Below, one piece after another: positions 18,250 to 27,557 of a stretch of DNA of 64,000 nucleotides. Within the stretch, counting starts at the first letter, position 1; each line of letters starts with the position of its first letter. Position numbers and translations under genes: made by a program. This DNA comes from Pyrobaculum sp. GTDB taxonomy: Archaea > Thermoproteota > Thermoprotei > Thermoproteales > Thermoproteaceae. The stretch spans positions 5,485-69,484 of the forward strand of contig JBKBOT010000004.1 in assembly GCA_046293555.1 (NCBI GenBank). Reading direction: 5' to 3'. A model generated the notes under the pieces. It was not told where the DNA came from. It did no database searches and saw nothing but the letters and a program-made list of their open reading frames with translations.

Positions 18250-19178
18250 CTCTTCCCCACAGCCCGGAGGACTGCCGCCGCCGTGAGGAAATACAACGCG
18301 GCGTTTATATATGCGCTATAGTGACGCACCAGCTCTACCTCCCCATCTCTTACTAACACGAAGTTCTTTGGGAGGGTGGGGTAGCCCTCTACCTCAGCTG
18401 GCGTGAGGACTTGAGATGGGGAAATTGGGAGAGCTCTACCGTCTTCCAGCACGATAGAGGTGGCGGTGACGTCTACTACCCGCACTGGGCCGAGAAGCCA
18501 GGGGTAGAGCATGGCTAGCGCCACCACAGCCCCCGTCATGTATATCCACACGACTTTCCTCCCCCCGGCGGCGAGAAGCAATGTGAAGAAAAACGCCGCC
18601 ACTAATATAGTTCTTGCCATCATGTAGAGACGCAGCGTCCCCGTCAAGGTGGCGCCAGGCTGGGGGTGTAGCGATTTAGCCACGACGGGGGCCACTAGAG
18701 AGATAACTACCAGCACGTAGCCCGCGATGAGGTAAGACTGCGCCAGTTTGACAGATCTATCTGGGTCCTCTACCCCCCTCCTTATGGCTGGATAGAGGGA
18801 AAACACCAGAGCTACAGCCAGTATTGACATCTGCCGTGGGTCGAGGGCAAGGGGCGTGCCCCAGCTTTCGGCAGCCCAAAGGGTGCCGCTGACAAAGGCG
18901 TACCAAGCCAAGGCCGCTGTGATGTAAGCCGAGACGTCCATCAGCTGTATTACCCGAGGCGACGGCCTCTTGACGCCCCAGAGGGCGGAGGCTAACGCCG
19001 CTGTGGCCATTATGTACATAACAATACCTGCAGGCACATGTACGTAAATATTTAGATAGGCCGTGGGGGCGCCCAGCTCTTTAACCACAAGAGGGAAGGG
19101 CCCCCAGTTCACGAGGTAGATAGCCGAAATGACGTCTACAGCCGCCAGGACGGCTATGACAGACCTCACAGGACTCAC
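18246..19178 (-). CDS. ccmC: Cytochrome c maturation protein CcmC with C-terminal extension
   Basis: IYVHVP, GTLWAAESWG...DPRQ (WWD domain), SLHP. Confidence 0.85.
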   Translation of the reverse strand: MSPVRSVIAVLAAVDVISAIYLVNWGPFPLVVKELGAPTAYLNIYVHVPAGIVMYIMATAALASALWGVKRPSPRVIQLMDVSAYITAALAWYAFVSGTLWAAESWGTPLALDPRQMSILAVALVFSLYPAIRRGVEDPDRSVKLAQSYLIAGYVLVVISLVAPVVAKSLHPQPGATLTGTLRLYMMARTILVAAFFFTLLLAAGGRKVVWIYMTGAVVALAMLYPWLLGPVRVVDVTATSIVLEDGRALPISPSQVLTPAEVEGYPTLPKNFVLVRDGEVELVRHYSAYINAALYFLTAAAVLRAVGKR

Positions 19179-19188
19179 GGGCCTCTAC

Positions 19189-19638
19189 TTAATAAACCTT
19201 CTCCCCGAAGTCCTCTATTGCAAACCCCCTGCCGAGCCGCCGCTTGGCTTTTTCAATAATTGCATCTATGAGATCTCTAGGCGTTGCGTAATGCCCCTCT
19301 ACCAGCTGTAATCTCGTCAGGGCGTTTAGATGTGTGAAATACATGGGGCACTGGAGGCAATCCACCCCACAGTCCTCCTCTAGGTACACACAGTGGCGCC
19401 CCGCAATCGCCACAGGTCTTCTCAAGACTTGAAACACGCCGTCTGTCGACCTAATCGCCAGATATATGCCAGGACTGTCAAAACCACGTCGCCTAAAGAG
19501 GGCGGCCTTCCTATATAGAGTCGACAAGGGGATTCCGGTGATAAAACTGGCCTGTCTAATCCCTTTTAGAAGTATACAAAAAAGGTTAAAATCCCCCCTA
19601 TCTAGAAAAAAGTTGCGGGGAATAAAATTTATCTTCAC
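19189..19638 (-). CDS. Putative HTH protein with Cys-rich C-terminal half
   Basis: GIRQASFITGIPLSTLYRK (HTH-like); HC..EEDC..DCLQC. Confidence 0.5.
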   Translation of the reverse strand: MKINFIPRNFFLDRGDFNLFCILLKGIRQASFITGIPLSTLYRKAALFRRRGFDSPGIYLAIRSTDGVFQVLRRPVAIAGRHCVYLEEDCGVDCLQCPMYFTHLNALTRLQLVEGHYATPRDLIDAIIEKAKRRLGRGFAIEDFGEKVY

Positions 19639-20228
19639 GACTTTGTGGCAGCCATTTTGAACATCTCGACGAGAGCTGGAACCTCCTCTGTGGCGTATCC
19701 ACTCCGTTTCTTAAACGCCTCAGTTTGTGCAAACATAGTTGGCGCTAATTCTTTATCGCCCTCTATTAGGAGCTTGGCAATTAGCTGCGCCGCCCTCTCT
19801 GGATCTGCCGCCGGGTCTTTAAGGCCGTGTTTTTCGAAATATTTCATCATCATGGGGCCGCCGGCAGTGCCTTTCTCTACCCCCACGCTGCCTAACAGCG
19901 CTTTACTTAAGTCGGGGCCGAGGTTGCCCCCCACCTCAATGCCCACAGCCTTTACCGTGTGGCAAGCCACACAAGCCAGATCTTTAAACAGCTGGATGCC
20001 CTTTTTGGCCAGCTCCTCGTTGTATTTAATCTGTAACGCCGGCGTGGCGGGAGCCCCGGGAGCCCCCGCGGTTATTGTCACCGGCGGCTCTGTAACTGTG
20101 GCGGCTGGCTCTGTAACTGTGGTGACTTTAGTCGCCGTCTTTACCTCGACAGCGGGCTGGTAGGTAAACGCCGCGGCGCCAATGATAACTGCAATAATTG
20201 CTACAGCCAGATATATAGCTTTGCCCAT
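19635..20228 (-). CDS. Membrane-anchored monoheme cytochrome c (candidate c-subunit of nitrite reductase)
   Basis: TM anchor, Thr/Pro linker, CVACH, GPDLS; divergent from nirS. Confidence 0.85.
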   Translation of the reverse strand: MGKAIYLAVAIIAVIIGAAAFTYQPAVEVKTATKVTTVTEPAATVTEPPVTITAGAPGAPATPALQIKYNEELAKKGIQLFKDLACVACHTVKAVGIEVGGNLGPDLSKALLGSVGVEKGTAGGPMMMKYFEKHGLKDPAADPERAAQLIAKLLIEGDKELAPTMFAQTEAFKKRSGYATEEVPALVEMFKMAATKS

Positions 20229-20262
20229 ACGTAAGGGGAATGTGTATGTTTTTAGGAGTTTT

Positions 20263-20279
20263 GGTTTACTATGTTAACC
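20263..20279. promoter_or_regulatory. Candidate denitrification operator (GGTTTAC-TAT-GTTAACC)
   Basis: Imperfect palindrome 7 nt before TTAAG (nirS TATA-like box); also 7 nt before CTAAAAA on the - strand for the cytochrome c gene. Confidence 0.65.
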
Positions 20280-20312
20280 ACAAAGATTAAGTCACTGTGT
20301 GTAGAGAGCCAC

Positions 20313-21932
20313 ATGGGCGAGAAAGAGACCAGGAGAGATTTTCTAAAGGCGGCTGCTGCTGCGGGCATAGGCTTCGCAGTGGGGTCATGGGCGCTGGCGT
20401 TATCTAGACAAAAGGTGGTGGTAGAGACTACTGCAGAAAAGGAGACGTTAGTAAGGCCAGAGGTGAGAGTAAAGCCAGAGGTCCACATACAGCAAGCTGC
20501 GCCAACTGCGGCGGCGCCGCCCCATCCGGCTTTTGAAAAACGGGGGCTGGAGTTCCTAAACCCAGAGAATATACAAAAGACGTTAAGAGTTGTCGTGCCG
20601 GAGGACCAGCTTCCCGGCAAGCCAGTTGGCTATAACATAAACGACATAGACTGGATAGCTCTCCTCATCGAGAGTAGATACCACGAGCCGGGGGCCGAGA
20701 TGGTGGGGTCCTATACCTTCCTCGACATGAAGGAGTTTAAGATCTTAAAGCGGGTGAAAAACGCCGGCGATCGCGTCCATGTGGTGCGGTTTGGCAGAGA
20801 GGAGTGGCCTGAACACAAGAGGCGGTTTGCGGTGGGGATGTCTAGAGACTGCTGGCTCTCTAAGATAGACCTATACTCAATGCAGGTGGTGAGACAGATA
20901 AAAATTGGCGTAGATTGTAGAAGCGCCATCTTTGACAAAGATGGGAAGTACGTAATAGCGGGCTCTAAAGACCCGGGCCACGCCGTGATACTAGATGCAG
21001 ACACCTTTAAGGTCTTAAAGGTAATACCGTTTCTAGGCGTCAGTAAGTACTTCCCCACGCCAATGATGGGGAGACAGGGGGCAATACTGGCCTCAGACTT
21101 GGGCTACTGGCTTGTCAACGTGAAAGACGCAGAGATGGTGTTAGTAATTGACTACAGGCAGCCTGACTTCCCCATCGTCCACGTCTTTACTAGTTATGAT
21201 ACAAACAAGAAGGGCAGCTCGGTGAAAGTAAGAATTGGCGACAAGGAGTATGAGACAACAGGTATTGGCAAAAGCCCCCACGAGCTTAATAAGTTAGATA
21301 AGGAGGGTAGATATGTCGCAGTTACAGGACAGGAGGGCAATACCATATCTATAGTAGACATGAAGACTTTCGAAATTGTTAATACAGTATACTGTGGCAA
21401 AAAGCCGCATCCAGGCCCCGGCACGCTGGTACCTGGAAAATACTTCCTTACAAACGCCATAGCGGAGGGTTTAATCACAGTGATAAACCTACAGACCATG
21501 GATGTAGAGAAATACATCAAGTATCCAAAAGAGTTCCCGCCAGAGACAGGCGGTGGCCTGTACTCCACCCCGCCCCTGCCTGACGGCAGAGTTCCCCACA
21601 ACTTGGCGTGGTTTGACACCAGCTTCAATATAAACAAGGGCGTATTTGCAGTAGACATTACGTTAATGGACGTGGCCACTAGGCCCCCGGAGCCCGCCGT
21701 CTTTGCCCCCAACAAGCCCGGCAAGTGGGCTATGCATCCCGGACATACCCCAGACGGGAGATATGTGGTGTCTGCCCTCGAGAGGACCGACATGGTGTAC
21801 AAAGTGGATGCCGAAAGCGGCAAGATTGTCTCCACCATCGAGCTAAAGAAGGTGGAGCCAGTCCAGCTGGTGGAAGAGCCGAGCCCCACCGGGATATTCC
21901 CGTTGTGGCGTATAAAGGCGCCGTGGTTTTAG
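20313..21932 (+). CDS. nirS: cd1-type nitrite reductase, d1 beta-propeller domain only
   Basis: Tat signal RRDFLK; RVHVVRF, PHE, PHPGPG, MHPG repeats of the d1 propeller; no CxxCH. Confidence 0.75.
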   Translation: MGEKETRRDFLKAAAAAGIGFAVGSWALALSRQKVVVETTAEKETLVRPEVRVKPEVHIQQAAPTAAAPPHPAFEKRGLEFLNPENIQKTLRVVVPEDQLPGKPVGYNINDIDWIALLIESRYHEPGAEMVGSYTFLDMKEFKILKRVKNAGDRVHVVRFGREEWPEHKRRFAVGMSRDCWLSKIDLYSMQVVRQIKIGVDCRSAIFDKDGKYVIAGSKDPGHAVILDADTFKVLKVIPFLGVSKYFPTPMMGRQGAILASDLGYWLVNVKDAEMVLVIDYRQPDFPIVHVFTSYDTNKKGSSVKVRIGDKEYETTGIGKSPHELNKLDKEGRYVAVTGQEGNTISIVDMKTFEIVNTVYCGKKPHPGPGTLVPGKYFLTNAIAEGLITVINLQTMDVEKYIKYPKEFPPETGGGLYSTPPLPDGRVPHNLAWFDTSFNINKGVFAVDITLMDVATRPPEPAVFAPNKPGKWAMHPGHTPDGRYVVSALERTDMVYKVDAESGKIVSTIELKKVEPVQLVEEPSPTGIFPLWRIKAPWF

Positions 21933-22489
21933 GCAGGGTATACATCGTCGGCGCCGGCCCCGGCGACCCGGAGTTATTAACGGTCAAGGCCCTTTTTCTC
22001 CTTCTAACAGCAGACGTGGTCTTCGCCGCCTCCCTCGTCCCCAGCTCAATTCTCAGCCTAGCTGACGGCAAAGTGGTGAAGTGCGGCCGCCTTACCTCTA
22101 GCCGACATGTAGGGCTGACAGCAAAAGTAATAGAGGAGGCCAAGTCTGGAAAGACGGTAGTGGTGTTAAAAAACGGGGATCCAGTCATATTCGGCCGGGG
22201 GGTGGCCATGTGTAGAGAGATAGAGAAGGCCGGCGTGCCTTGTGAAATTGTGCCCGGAGTCTCCTCCTTCTCTGCAGCTGCGGCGAAGTACAAAATACCC
22301 ATAACTGAGGGGGGCAGGCCTCTCCTCCTGACTACAGCCAGAAGTGGGGGGGAGCCAGACGTGGTGGTATTTATGCCTGAACAGAGGGCTGAGGGGCTTG
22401 TGGTGGAGGACCTATATGGAGAGGGCGAGAGGGCGTATTTTGGGGTGCCACAAAAGACGCCGGCGCTAGTCTTTAAACTAAGGCAGTAA
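21923..22489 (+). CDS. Uroporphyrinogen-III C-methyltransferase (NirE/CobA family)
   Basis: VYIVGAGPGDPELLT, LKNGDPVIFGRG, IVPGVSS; GTG at 21923 overlaps the nirS end. Confidence 0.88.
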   Translation: MVLGRVYIVGAGPGDPELLTVKALFLLLTADVVFAASLVPSSILSLADGKVVKCGRLTSSRHVGLTAKVIEEAKSGKTVVVLKNGDPVIFGRGVAMCREIEKAGVPCEIVPGVSSFSAAAAKYKIPITEGGRPLLLTTARSGGEPDVVVFMPEQRAEGLVVEDLYGEGERAYFGVPQKTPALVFKLRQ

Positions 22490-22928
22490 TTTTTTTCAAC
22501 ACATTTTTAAAGGTCTTATATACAGCTGTCTTAGATATCTGATATCTCTCCGCCAATGTGGCCAAGTTGCCTCCATTAGCCATAGACTGCAACACCTCCC
22601 TCTGTCGAGGCGTGAGGAAAAGCTCCCGGCTGTCTAAAGTCTTTATTTCAACCACCTGGTCTTTACTCAAGATCTTTCTCACAGCTGCATTATCGCTCAC
22701 AATGACTTTAATCCTTTGGTTTTCAAGTATAGGCCCGCGTAACACATAGCCGGCGGCAAGTAGGCGGTAGAAAACACACTCCTCACATCGCGCCGCCATG
22801 ACCTCCACGCCGCGGTGTGTATGTAGGAGGTAGAAAATCTTGTCGCCACGTATTTTAAAACCAACGATGGCCTTCACGTCGGGGGGAAGTTTGTCACAAG
22901 GACGTAAAATAACTTTTAAAAATTTCAT
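22473..22928 (-). CDS. Transcription regulator, C-terminal HTH (Bat/HTH_10-like), paralog 1
   Basis: LTPRQREVL...LAERYQISKTAVYK; N-terminal C..CxxC. Confidence 0.8.
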   Translation of the reverse strand: MKFLKVILRPCDKLPPDVKAIVGFKIRGDKIFYLLHTHRGVEVMAARCEECVFYRLLAAGYVLRGPILENQRIKVIVSDNAAVRKILSKDQVVEIKTLDSRELFLTPRQREVLQSMANGGNLATLAERYQISKTAVYKTFKNVLKKITALV

Positions 22929-22931
22929 AGC

Positions 22932-22986
22932 AATAGGTTATTATCTTTATTTAAATTTTATCTTAAATATATTTTTATAACCTATT
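22932..22986. promoter_or_regulatory. Perfect 10-bp inverted repeat AATAGGTTAT-N35-ATAACCTATT
   Basis: Arms at 22932-22941 and 22977-22986 flank the AT-rich promoter of the HTH gene. Confidence 0.5.
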
Positions 22987-23097
22987 ACATCTTTATATAT
23001 GTGAATAGATTTTTATGTAAAATTGTGTATATTTATAAATTCCTGTTTTTAACGATTATTTACACAAAAATTTTTATAGCTCTCTTTATTTTAAAAC

Positions 23098-23940
23098 GTG
23101 TTGCCCTATTTAGTATTGCTAAAGCCTAGAGTAATTTGGCTTTTAATATTGGCGTCAGTGGCTGGGTATATATATGCAACTCCACAAATAGATCCCATAC
23201 TCTTGTTGTCTTTATTACTTGTAGCTTTTCTTTCTACAGGAGGATCTGCGGCCTTTAATCATTACTGGGAGAGAGATATTGACAGCGCCATGACTCGCAC
23301 CGCCAAAAGGCCTCTACCCATGGGCCTTGTGGCGCCGAAAAACGCCTTGACCTACTCCCTAATGCTTTCAGCTGTTGGCGTGTTATGCGGCTTTCTATTA
23401 TTGGGGCCTCTCCCGACATTTTTCGTGGCATTGGGGTGGGTCTTTTATTCTGTAGTATATACGATATTGCTAAAAAGGAGAAGTTGGCTAAATGTGTTGG
23501 GCGGCGGCTTTGCTGGAAACGCCACTTTTCTAGGTGGTTATGCCTTGGGTAAGGGGTATATAGACCTTACAGCCCTGTTGCTCTCTTTTGCGATATATCT
23601 CTGGATTCCTTCACACATATGGGCTCTTGCGTATAGATATAGACATGACTACAGAGCCGCCGGGGTGCCCATGTTGCCCACAGTGGTGAGTGAAGGCAAT
23701 GCAATAAAGATAATCTCGACGTTAAATATCTTAAGCGCTTTTTACATCCTGTGGCTATATCTCACTCTCGCGGGGGCAGACCACCTCTTTTTGTTAGTGG
23801 CGGCAGGCGCCGCGGCGTCTATATATACAAGCATAAAAGCCCTCATTGAGAAGAGCGACGAGGCGATGTGGAAGATGTATAAAGCCTCTAGCCCCATCCT
23901 CATGTTGTTTCTCCTCGCCCTTATTTTCGCCAAGCTTTAA
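23098..23940 (+). CDS. ctaB: Protoheme IX farnesyltransferase
   Basis: [51 protein letters not shown]. Confidence 0.93.
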   Translation: MLPYLVLLKPRVIWLLILASVAGYIYATPQIDPILLLSLLLVAFLSTGGSAAFNHYWERDIDSAMTRTAKRPLPMGLVAPKNALTYSLMLSAVGVLCGFLLLGPLPTFFVALGWVFYSVVYTILLKRRSWLNVLGGGFAGNATFLGGYALGKGYIDLTALLLSFAIYLWIPSHIWALAYRYRHDYRAAGVPMLPTVVSEGNAIKIISTLNILSAFYILWLYLTLAGADHLFLLVAAGAAASIYTSIKALIEKSDEAMWKMYKASSPILMLFLLALIFAKL

Positions 23941-24905
23941 GGAAGGGGGATAGGCTTCTGTCTGGCCAGCCTCCAGGCCACATATAGCACCGTGGCGATA
24001 GTCAAAACGCCGGCTGCTGTGATCTGGCCTAATAGCCGTAGGGCAGTTGCGATAGTGGCCAGCGCCAACAGCTCCAGCCCGTAGGTGGGGGCCCCCCTAT
24101 ATAAGACAGAGGGGAGGAAATAGGGCACGCACAACACGGACATCACCAAGGCGAAGGCCATGTACATAAAGTGGTGGTGTACCCCCGCGAGGGCTATGGC
24201 CCATCTAAACGCAAGGGCCCCCACGCCGTAGGGGTCTCTCACCTTGGGCGGAGCCACGGCGGTTAACACAAGTGACGGCAGTAAGAAGGCCCAGAGGTGC
24301 CCCAGCCTAAACGCCAGATAGGCGGCGACATATGTGGAGGCGAGGGCGAGAGAGCTGGCGAGAGAAAACCTCCGCCTAGCCTTAGAGCTGTCGATACGAT
24401 ATAGCAACGTGTAGACTGACGCCAGAGGGTAGGAGGCTATGGCGTCGAGGTGGCTTCCGGCCGTCGGCAGAAATAATAGCCCCGGCACTGTGACGAGATT
24501 GGGGACATATGTGGGCTTCCCCCCAAGGCCCTTTATATATAAGATGGCGTAAGTTAGAGAAAAGGGGAGGTAGGCTATGTACCCAACCCAGTAGGAGACC
24601 ACGGCGGCGGAGAAAAACGCGGCGGCTAGCAGCCATGTGGCTGGCCTTTTGGGGACTGCGTTTATAAATCCCGGCAGCTGTATATACATGACGGAGAAAT
24701 AGAAGGCCAGAAGCCCCACTGCCATGAGGTGGGCGTGAAACAAATGGCGACCAGCCACGGCGTCATATATGGCCAGGAGGAAAGATGCGGCGGAGACATA
24801 TAACGCGATTTGTGCCGACTTGATTACAGCCACAGTGGCTTTAAAAAAGGCGTGGGGGTTAGACCTCCCGATTTCTAGCCACACGCCGCTTCTCACATGT
24901 CTCAT
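23937..24905 (-). CDS. Polytopic membrane protein, NnrS-like
   Basis: FHAHLMAVG...QLPGF resembles the NnrS N-terminal His motif; HHHFM later; about 10 TMs. Confidence 0.45.
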   Translation of the reverse strand: MRHVRSGVWLEIGRSNPHAFFKATVAVIKSAQIALYVSAASFLLAIYDAVAGRHLFHAHLMAVGLLAFYFSVMYIQLPGFINAVPKRPATWLLAAAFFSAAVVSYWVGYIAYLPFSLTYAILYIKGLGGKPTYVPNLVTVPGLLFLPTAGSHLDAIASYPLASVYTLLYRIDSSKARRRFSLASSLALASTYVAAYLAFRLGHLWAFLLPSLVLTAVAPPKVRDPYGVGALAFRWAIALAGVHHHFMYMAFALVMSVLCVPYFLPSVLYRGAPTYGLELLALATIATALRLLGQITAAGVLTIATVLYVAWRLARQKPIPLP

Positions 24906-24915
24906 GTACCTGCAG

Positions 24916-25365
24916 TCACGTCAATAACGTCACGACTTTTCTTAACGCCTTTTTGAAGTGTTTGTAGACCGCCGATTTGGAGACGCCGTATTTATCTGCA
25001 ACGTCAGACAGACTGTAGCCGCCGGCCACCTGTCTAAGTACTTCTCTCTGGCGGGGAGTTAGAGTGAGGTCGCTAAGCCGCAGGGCCTCTACTATACGGC
25101 CTCTATATGTCTCCACCACCTGTCTAACTGCCCTACTGTCTCTCACCACAATCACAACTTTTCTTCCCTCAAAAATGGGGCCTTTTGCCACATATCCCGT
25201 GGTGAGTAACCTATAGAGGGGACAATTCTCACATTTCGCGACGACGATCTTAACTCCAGCCGTGGTTTGCACTATGTGGTACATCTTGCCATGTCTAATC
25301 TTGACGCCAATTATGTCAAACGGAACGGCGTCGCAGTGATTTAATGTGAGCTTCAAAAATCTCAT
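24916..25365 (-). CDS. Transcription regulator, C-terminal HTH (Bat/HTH_10-like), paralog 2
   Basis: LTPRQREVL...VADKYGVSKSAVYK; C..CxxC aligned with paralog 1. Confidence 0.8.
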   Translation of the reverse strand: MRFLKLTLNHCDAVPFDIIGVKIRHGKMYHIVQTTAGVKIVVAKCENCPLYRLLTTGYVAKGPIFEGRKVVIVVRDSRAVRQVVETYRGRIVEALRLSDLTLTPRQREVLRQVAGGYSLSDVADKYGVSKSAVYKHFKKALRKVVTLLT

Positions 25366-25391
25366 GATATTACTAATCTCTCTCTTTTTAA

Positions 25392-25814
25392 CTAGTGTAT
25401 ATGGATTTCGAGGGTGGTGGGCGGCGCCTCGAATTGTATCTTGGCGCCGTCGTCTAGACGTATGGCTACTCTTATGGTTCCCTCTACGGCGCCATATATC
25501 ATGAGGTGGTATGTGAGGTGTCTAAAAGACGCCGTGCTGAAGGGAGCCACACAGACCTTATCTACAGGCAGCATGGCCACCACAGTGCCGTTAACTACAG
25601 TTTTGTGTAACTCCGCCGTGGCTGTATGTGGTTTTTCCAGCTCGGCGCCTATGATACATCTGGTGAAAGGCGTTGGGTTTACAAAGGTGAAGTATACCAT
25701 CCCCACGTCTGGCGCCGTCATGACGTAACTGGCGTCTTTCACATAGGGCCTGGCTAGGCCTATATAGGCGAGGGTAATTACGGCGACTGTCAGCACTATG
25801 GCGAGAAGCCGCAT
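25392..25814 (-). CDS. PCu(A)C copper chaperone
   Basis: ELHKT..(10)..M..(~21)..HLM motif; N-terminal signal. Confidence 0.85.
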   Translation of the reverse strand: MRLLAIVLTVAVITLAYIGLARPYVKDASYVMTAPDVGMVYFTFVNPTPFTRCIIGAELEKPHTATAELHKTVVNGTVVAMLPVDKVCVAPFSTASFRHLTYHLMIYGAVEGTIRVAIRLDDGAKIQFEAPPTTLEIHIH

Positions 25815-25817
25815 GTC

Positions 25818-26168
25818 TTAATATGGCCTTAAAAATATTGCATATGCCATAGCCACCAACGCCACGAGGCCAATAAAGTGGTCTATAGGTATGTCTGTAT
25901 GGGGGATGTGCCAGACGTAGCCCGTGTACATAGATATGGAGAGAGCCAGCTCTCTTGCCAGCAGTAGGAGAAACGCCACGAGGAGCCACCTAAATCTGGG
26001 GGTTCTCACCCTCACATATCCAGAAATAGCCACGTAGAGCAAAACTGCCGCCACCACCACTGTGGCTGTATGTAACATGGCGTGTCCTGGCGACAGCCCC
26101 TCGTGTTTATGTCCCAAAGAGAGGAGGAGGACGGCTATGGGTATTAGGAAAAACAACAGGCTTCTCAT
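25818..26168 (-). CDS. Small His-containing membrane protein
   Basis: 3-4 TMs, GHAMLH and DHF motifs. Confidence 0.55.
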   Translation of the reverse strand: MRSLLFFLIPIAVLLLSLGHKHEGLSPGHAMLHTATVVVAAVLLYVAISGYVRVRTPRFRWLLVAFLLLLARELALSISMYTGYVWHIPHTDIPIDHFIGLVALVAMAYAIFLRPY

Positions 26169-26908
26169 AGGTCTATTTTTTTAGAGTTGTCGTATATGGC
26201 TAAAGCCAACGCGGCGAGCCACGCCGCGTATATGCCTGAAAACACCACAAAGATCCACTCTGGTCCCATATGTATGACGTATTCCCCCAGAGGCCCTAGA
26301 GTTAAGAGGTGGCGGTCTACAAGCGCCGTGGCTGTAAGCGCCACCAGCTTTATGGGGTTTGCCAGCTGTATGGCCAACAGGGCTTCACTCCCCAGCGGCA
26401 GTATGAGGTTTATAAAAGCCACAACTATGTCGTATATTATGGCCAGCCCCGTCCACGCCACCACCGAGTAGAGAAAAGCCGACTCCCGGCTTTTAGAGAT
26501 AAGGCCTATATATGTGCCAAGTAGCGACGCCACCGCCGAGACGGACAAGGTGAAAAAAACGGCGGGGGTCCCCCGCAGTAGGAAATACGGCGTTATGGCC
26601 ACAAGGGTGTACGCCAGCGCCAGCGCCAGGTTTGCCACAGCTCTACTCCAGAAATAACCCGCCCTCCCCCAGCTGGAGAGATAGGCCTCCACAAGGCCCT
26701 CTCTATCTCCCACCGTGGAGGCAGTGGAGGCCATCATGGCTATAAAGGAGGCCACCACCGTGAGGAAGTTTATAGAGGTTACCACAGCCGCAAAGCCGCC
26801 GCCTAGAGATGCCAAAGCCACAGAGACAGCCCACCCTAAGGCCAACATGGCGAGATATGGCGGAGTTAAGGCGTCGCGTTTAAGTGTAAATATAAGCAGT
26901 TTAGCCAT
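26165..26908 (-). CDS. nosY: NosY-like ABC permease (set 1)
   Basis: 6 TMs, DREG..E..LS, LANP; follows the nosF-like ATPase. Confidence 0.7.
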   Translation of the reverse strand: MAKLLIFTLKRDALTPPYLAMLALGWAVSVALASLGGGFAAVVTSINFLTVVASFIAMMASTASTVGDREGLVEAYLSSWGRAGYFWSRAVANLALALAYTLVAITPYFLLRGTPAVFFTLSVSAVASLLGTYIGLISKSRESAFLYSVVAWTGLAIIYDIVVAFINLILPLGSEALLAIQLANPIKLVALTATALVDRHLLTLGPLGEYVIHMGPEWIFVVFSGIYAAWLAALALAIYDNSKKIDL

Positions 26909-27557
26909 AGCCCACCACATATCGCATCTCTCCCCACTTGACACATATCTCGTCCCCACAGGCCTCCAGATACGCCGCCTTGGCTTTCTCCCAGCTGGCC
27001 ACAGAGGTGACTCTCCCCTCCTGTATATATATCAAGGTGGGTTTAAGTACCAGAAATGGCGCCGGGTCGTGTGTAGCCAGTATGAAGGGCCTCCCGGCTA
27101 GAGACCTAACTAGCTCTACCCTAAACCTAGTCTCTAGGTAGGAAAGCGGCTCGTCCAGAAGAGGTATTTTATCTAGAGAGGCCGCCACCGTGAGTAAAAC
27201 CCGCGCCGCCATGCCGGAAGAAAGCTCCGCCCCCCTCTTGGCGAGAAAGTCCTCTACTCCAAACCTGGGCCTAATGTCCCTCTGGAAGACCTCAGAGAGG
27301 TGTTGTAAATACTCCCCCACAGTTACTGTAGGCGGCAGGCGGGGGGCAGGCGGCAGGTAGTAAAACAGGCCGGGGCCTGCCGGCATGCCGTCAATCTCCA
27401 CACGGCTCTTACAGCTATATACGCCGGAGAGGCAGCGGAGGACTGTGGACTTGCCGCTGCCGTTTGGCCCTAACAACAGGGCGGGGCCGCTCCACCTGGC
27501 GTCAAATCTCAGCGAGAAGCCTCTAAACCTCTTCTCTACCGCCGCGTAAATATCCAT
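26901..27557 (-). CDS. nosF: NosF-like ABC ATPase (set 1)
   Basis: GPNGSGKS, LSSGM, LLDEP. Confidence 0.7.
   Translation of the reverse strand: MDIYAAVEKRFRGFSLRFDARWSGPALLLGPNGSGKSTVLRCLSGVYSCKSRVEIDGMPAGPGLFYYLPPAPRLPPTVTVGEYLQHLSEVFQRDIRPRFGVEDFLAKRGAELSSGMAARVLLTVAASLDKIPLLDEPLSYLETRFRVELVRSLAGRPFILATHDPAPFLVLKPTLIYIQEGRVTSVASWEKAKAAYLEACGDEICVKWGEMRYVVGYG

Noticed and set aside
20077-20121. GGCTCTGTAACTGTGG repeated at 21-nt period
   Set aside because: Encodes the TVTEP linker of the cytochrome c stalk.
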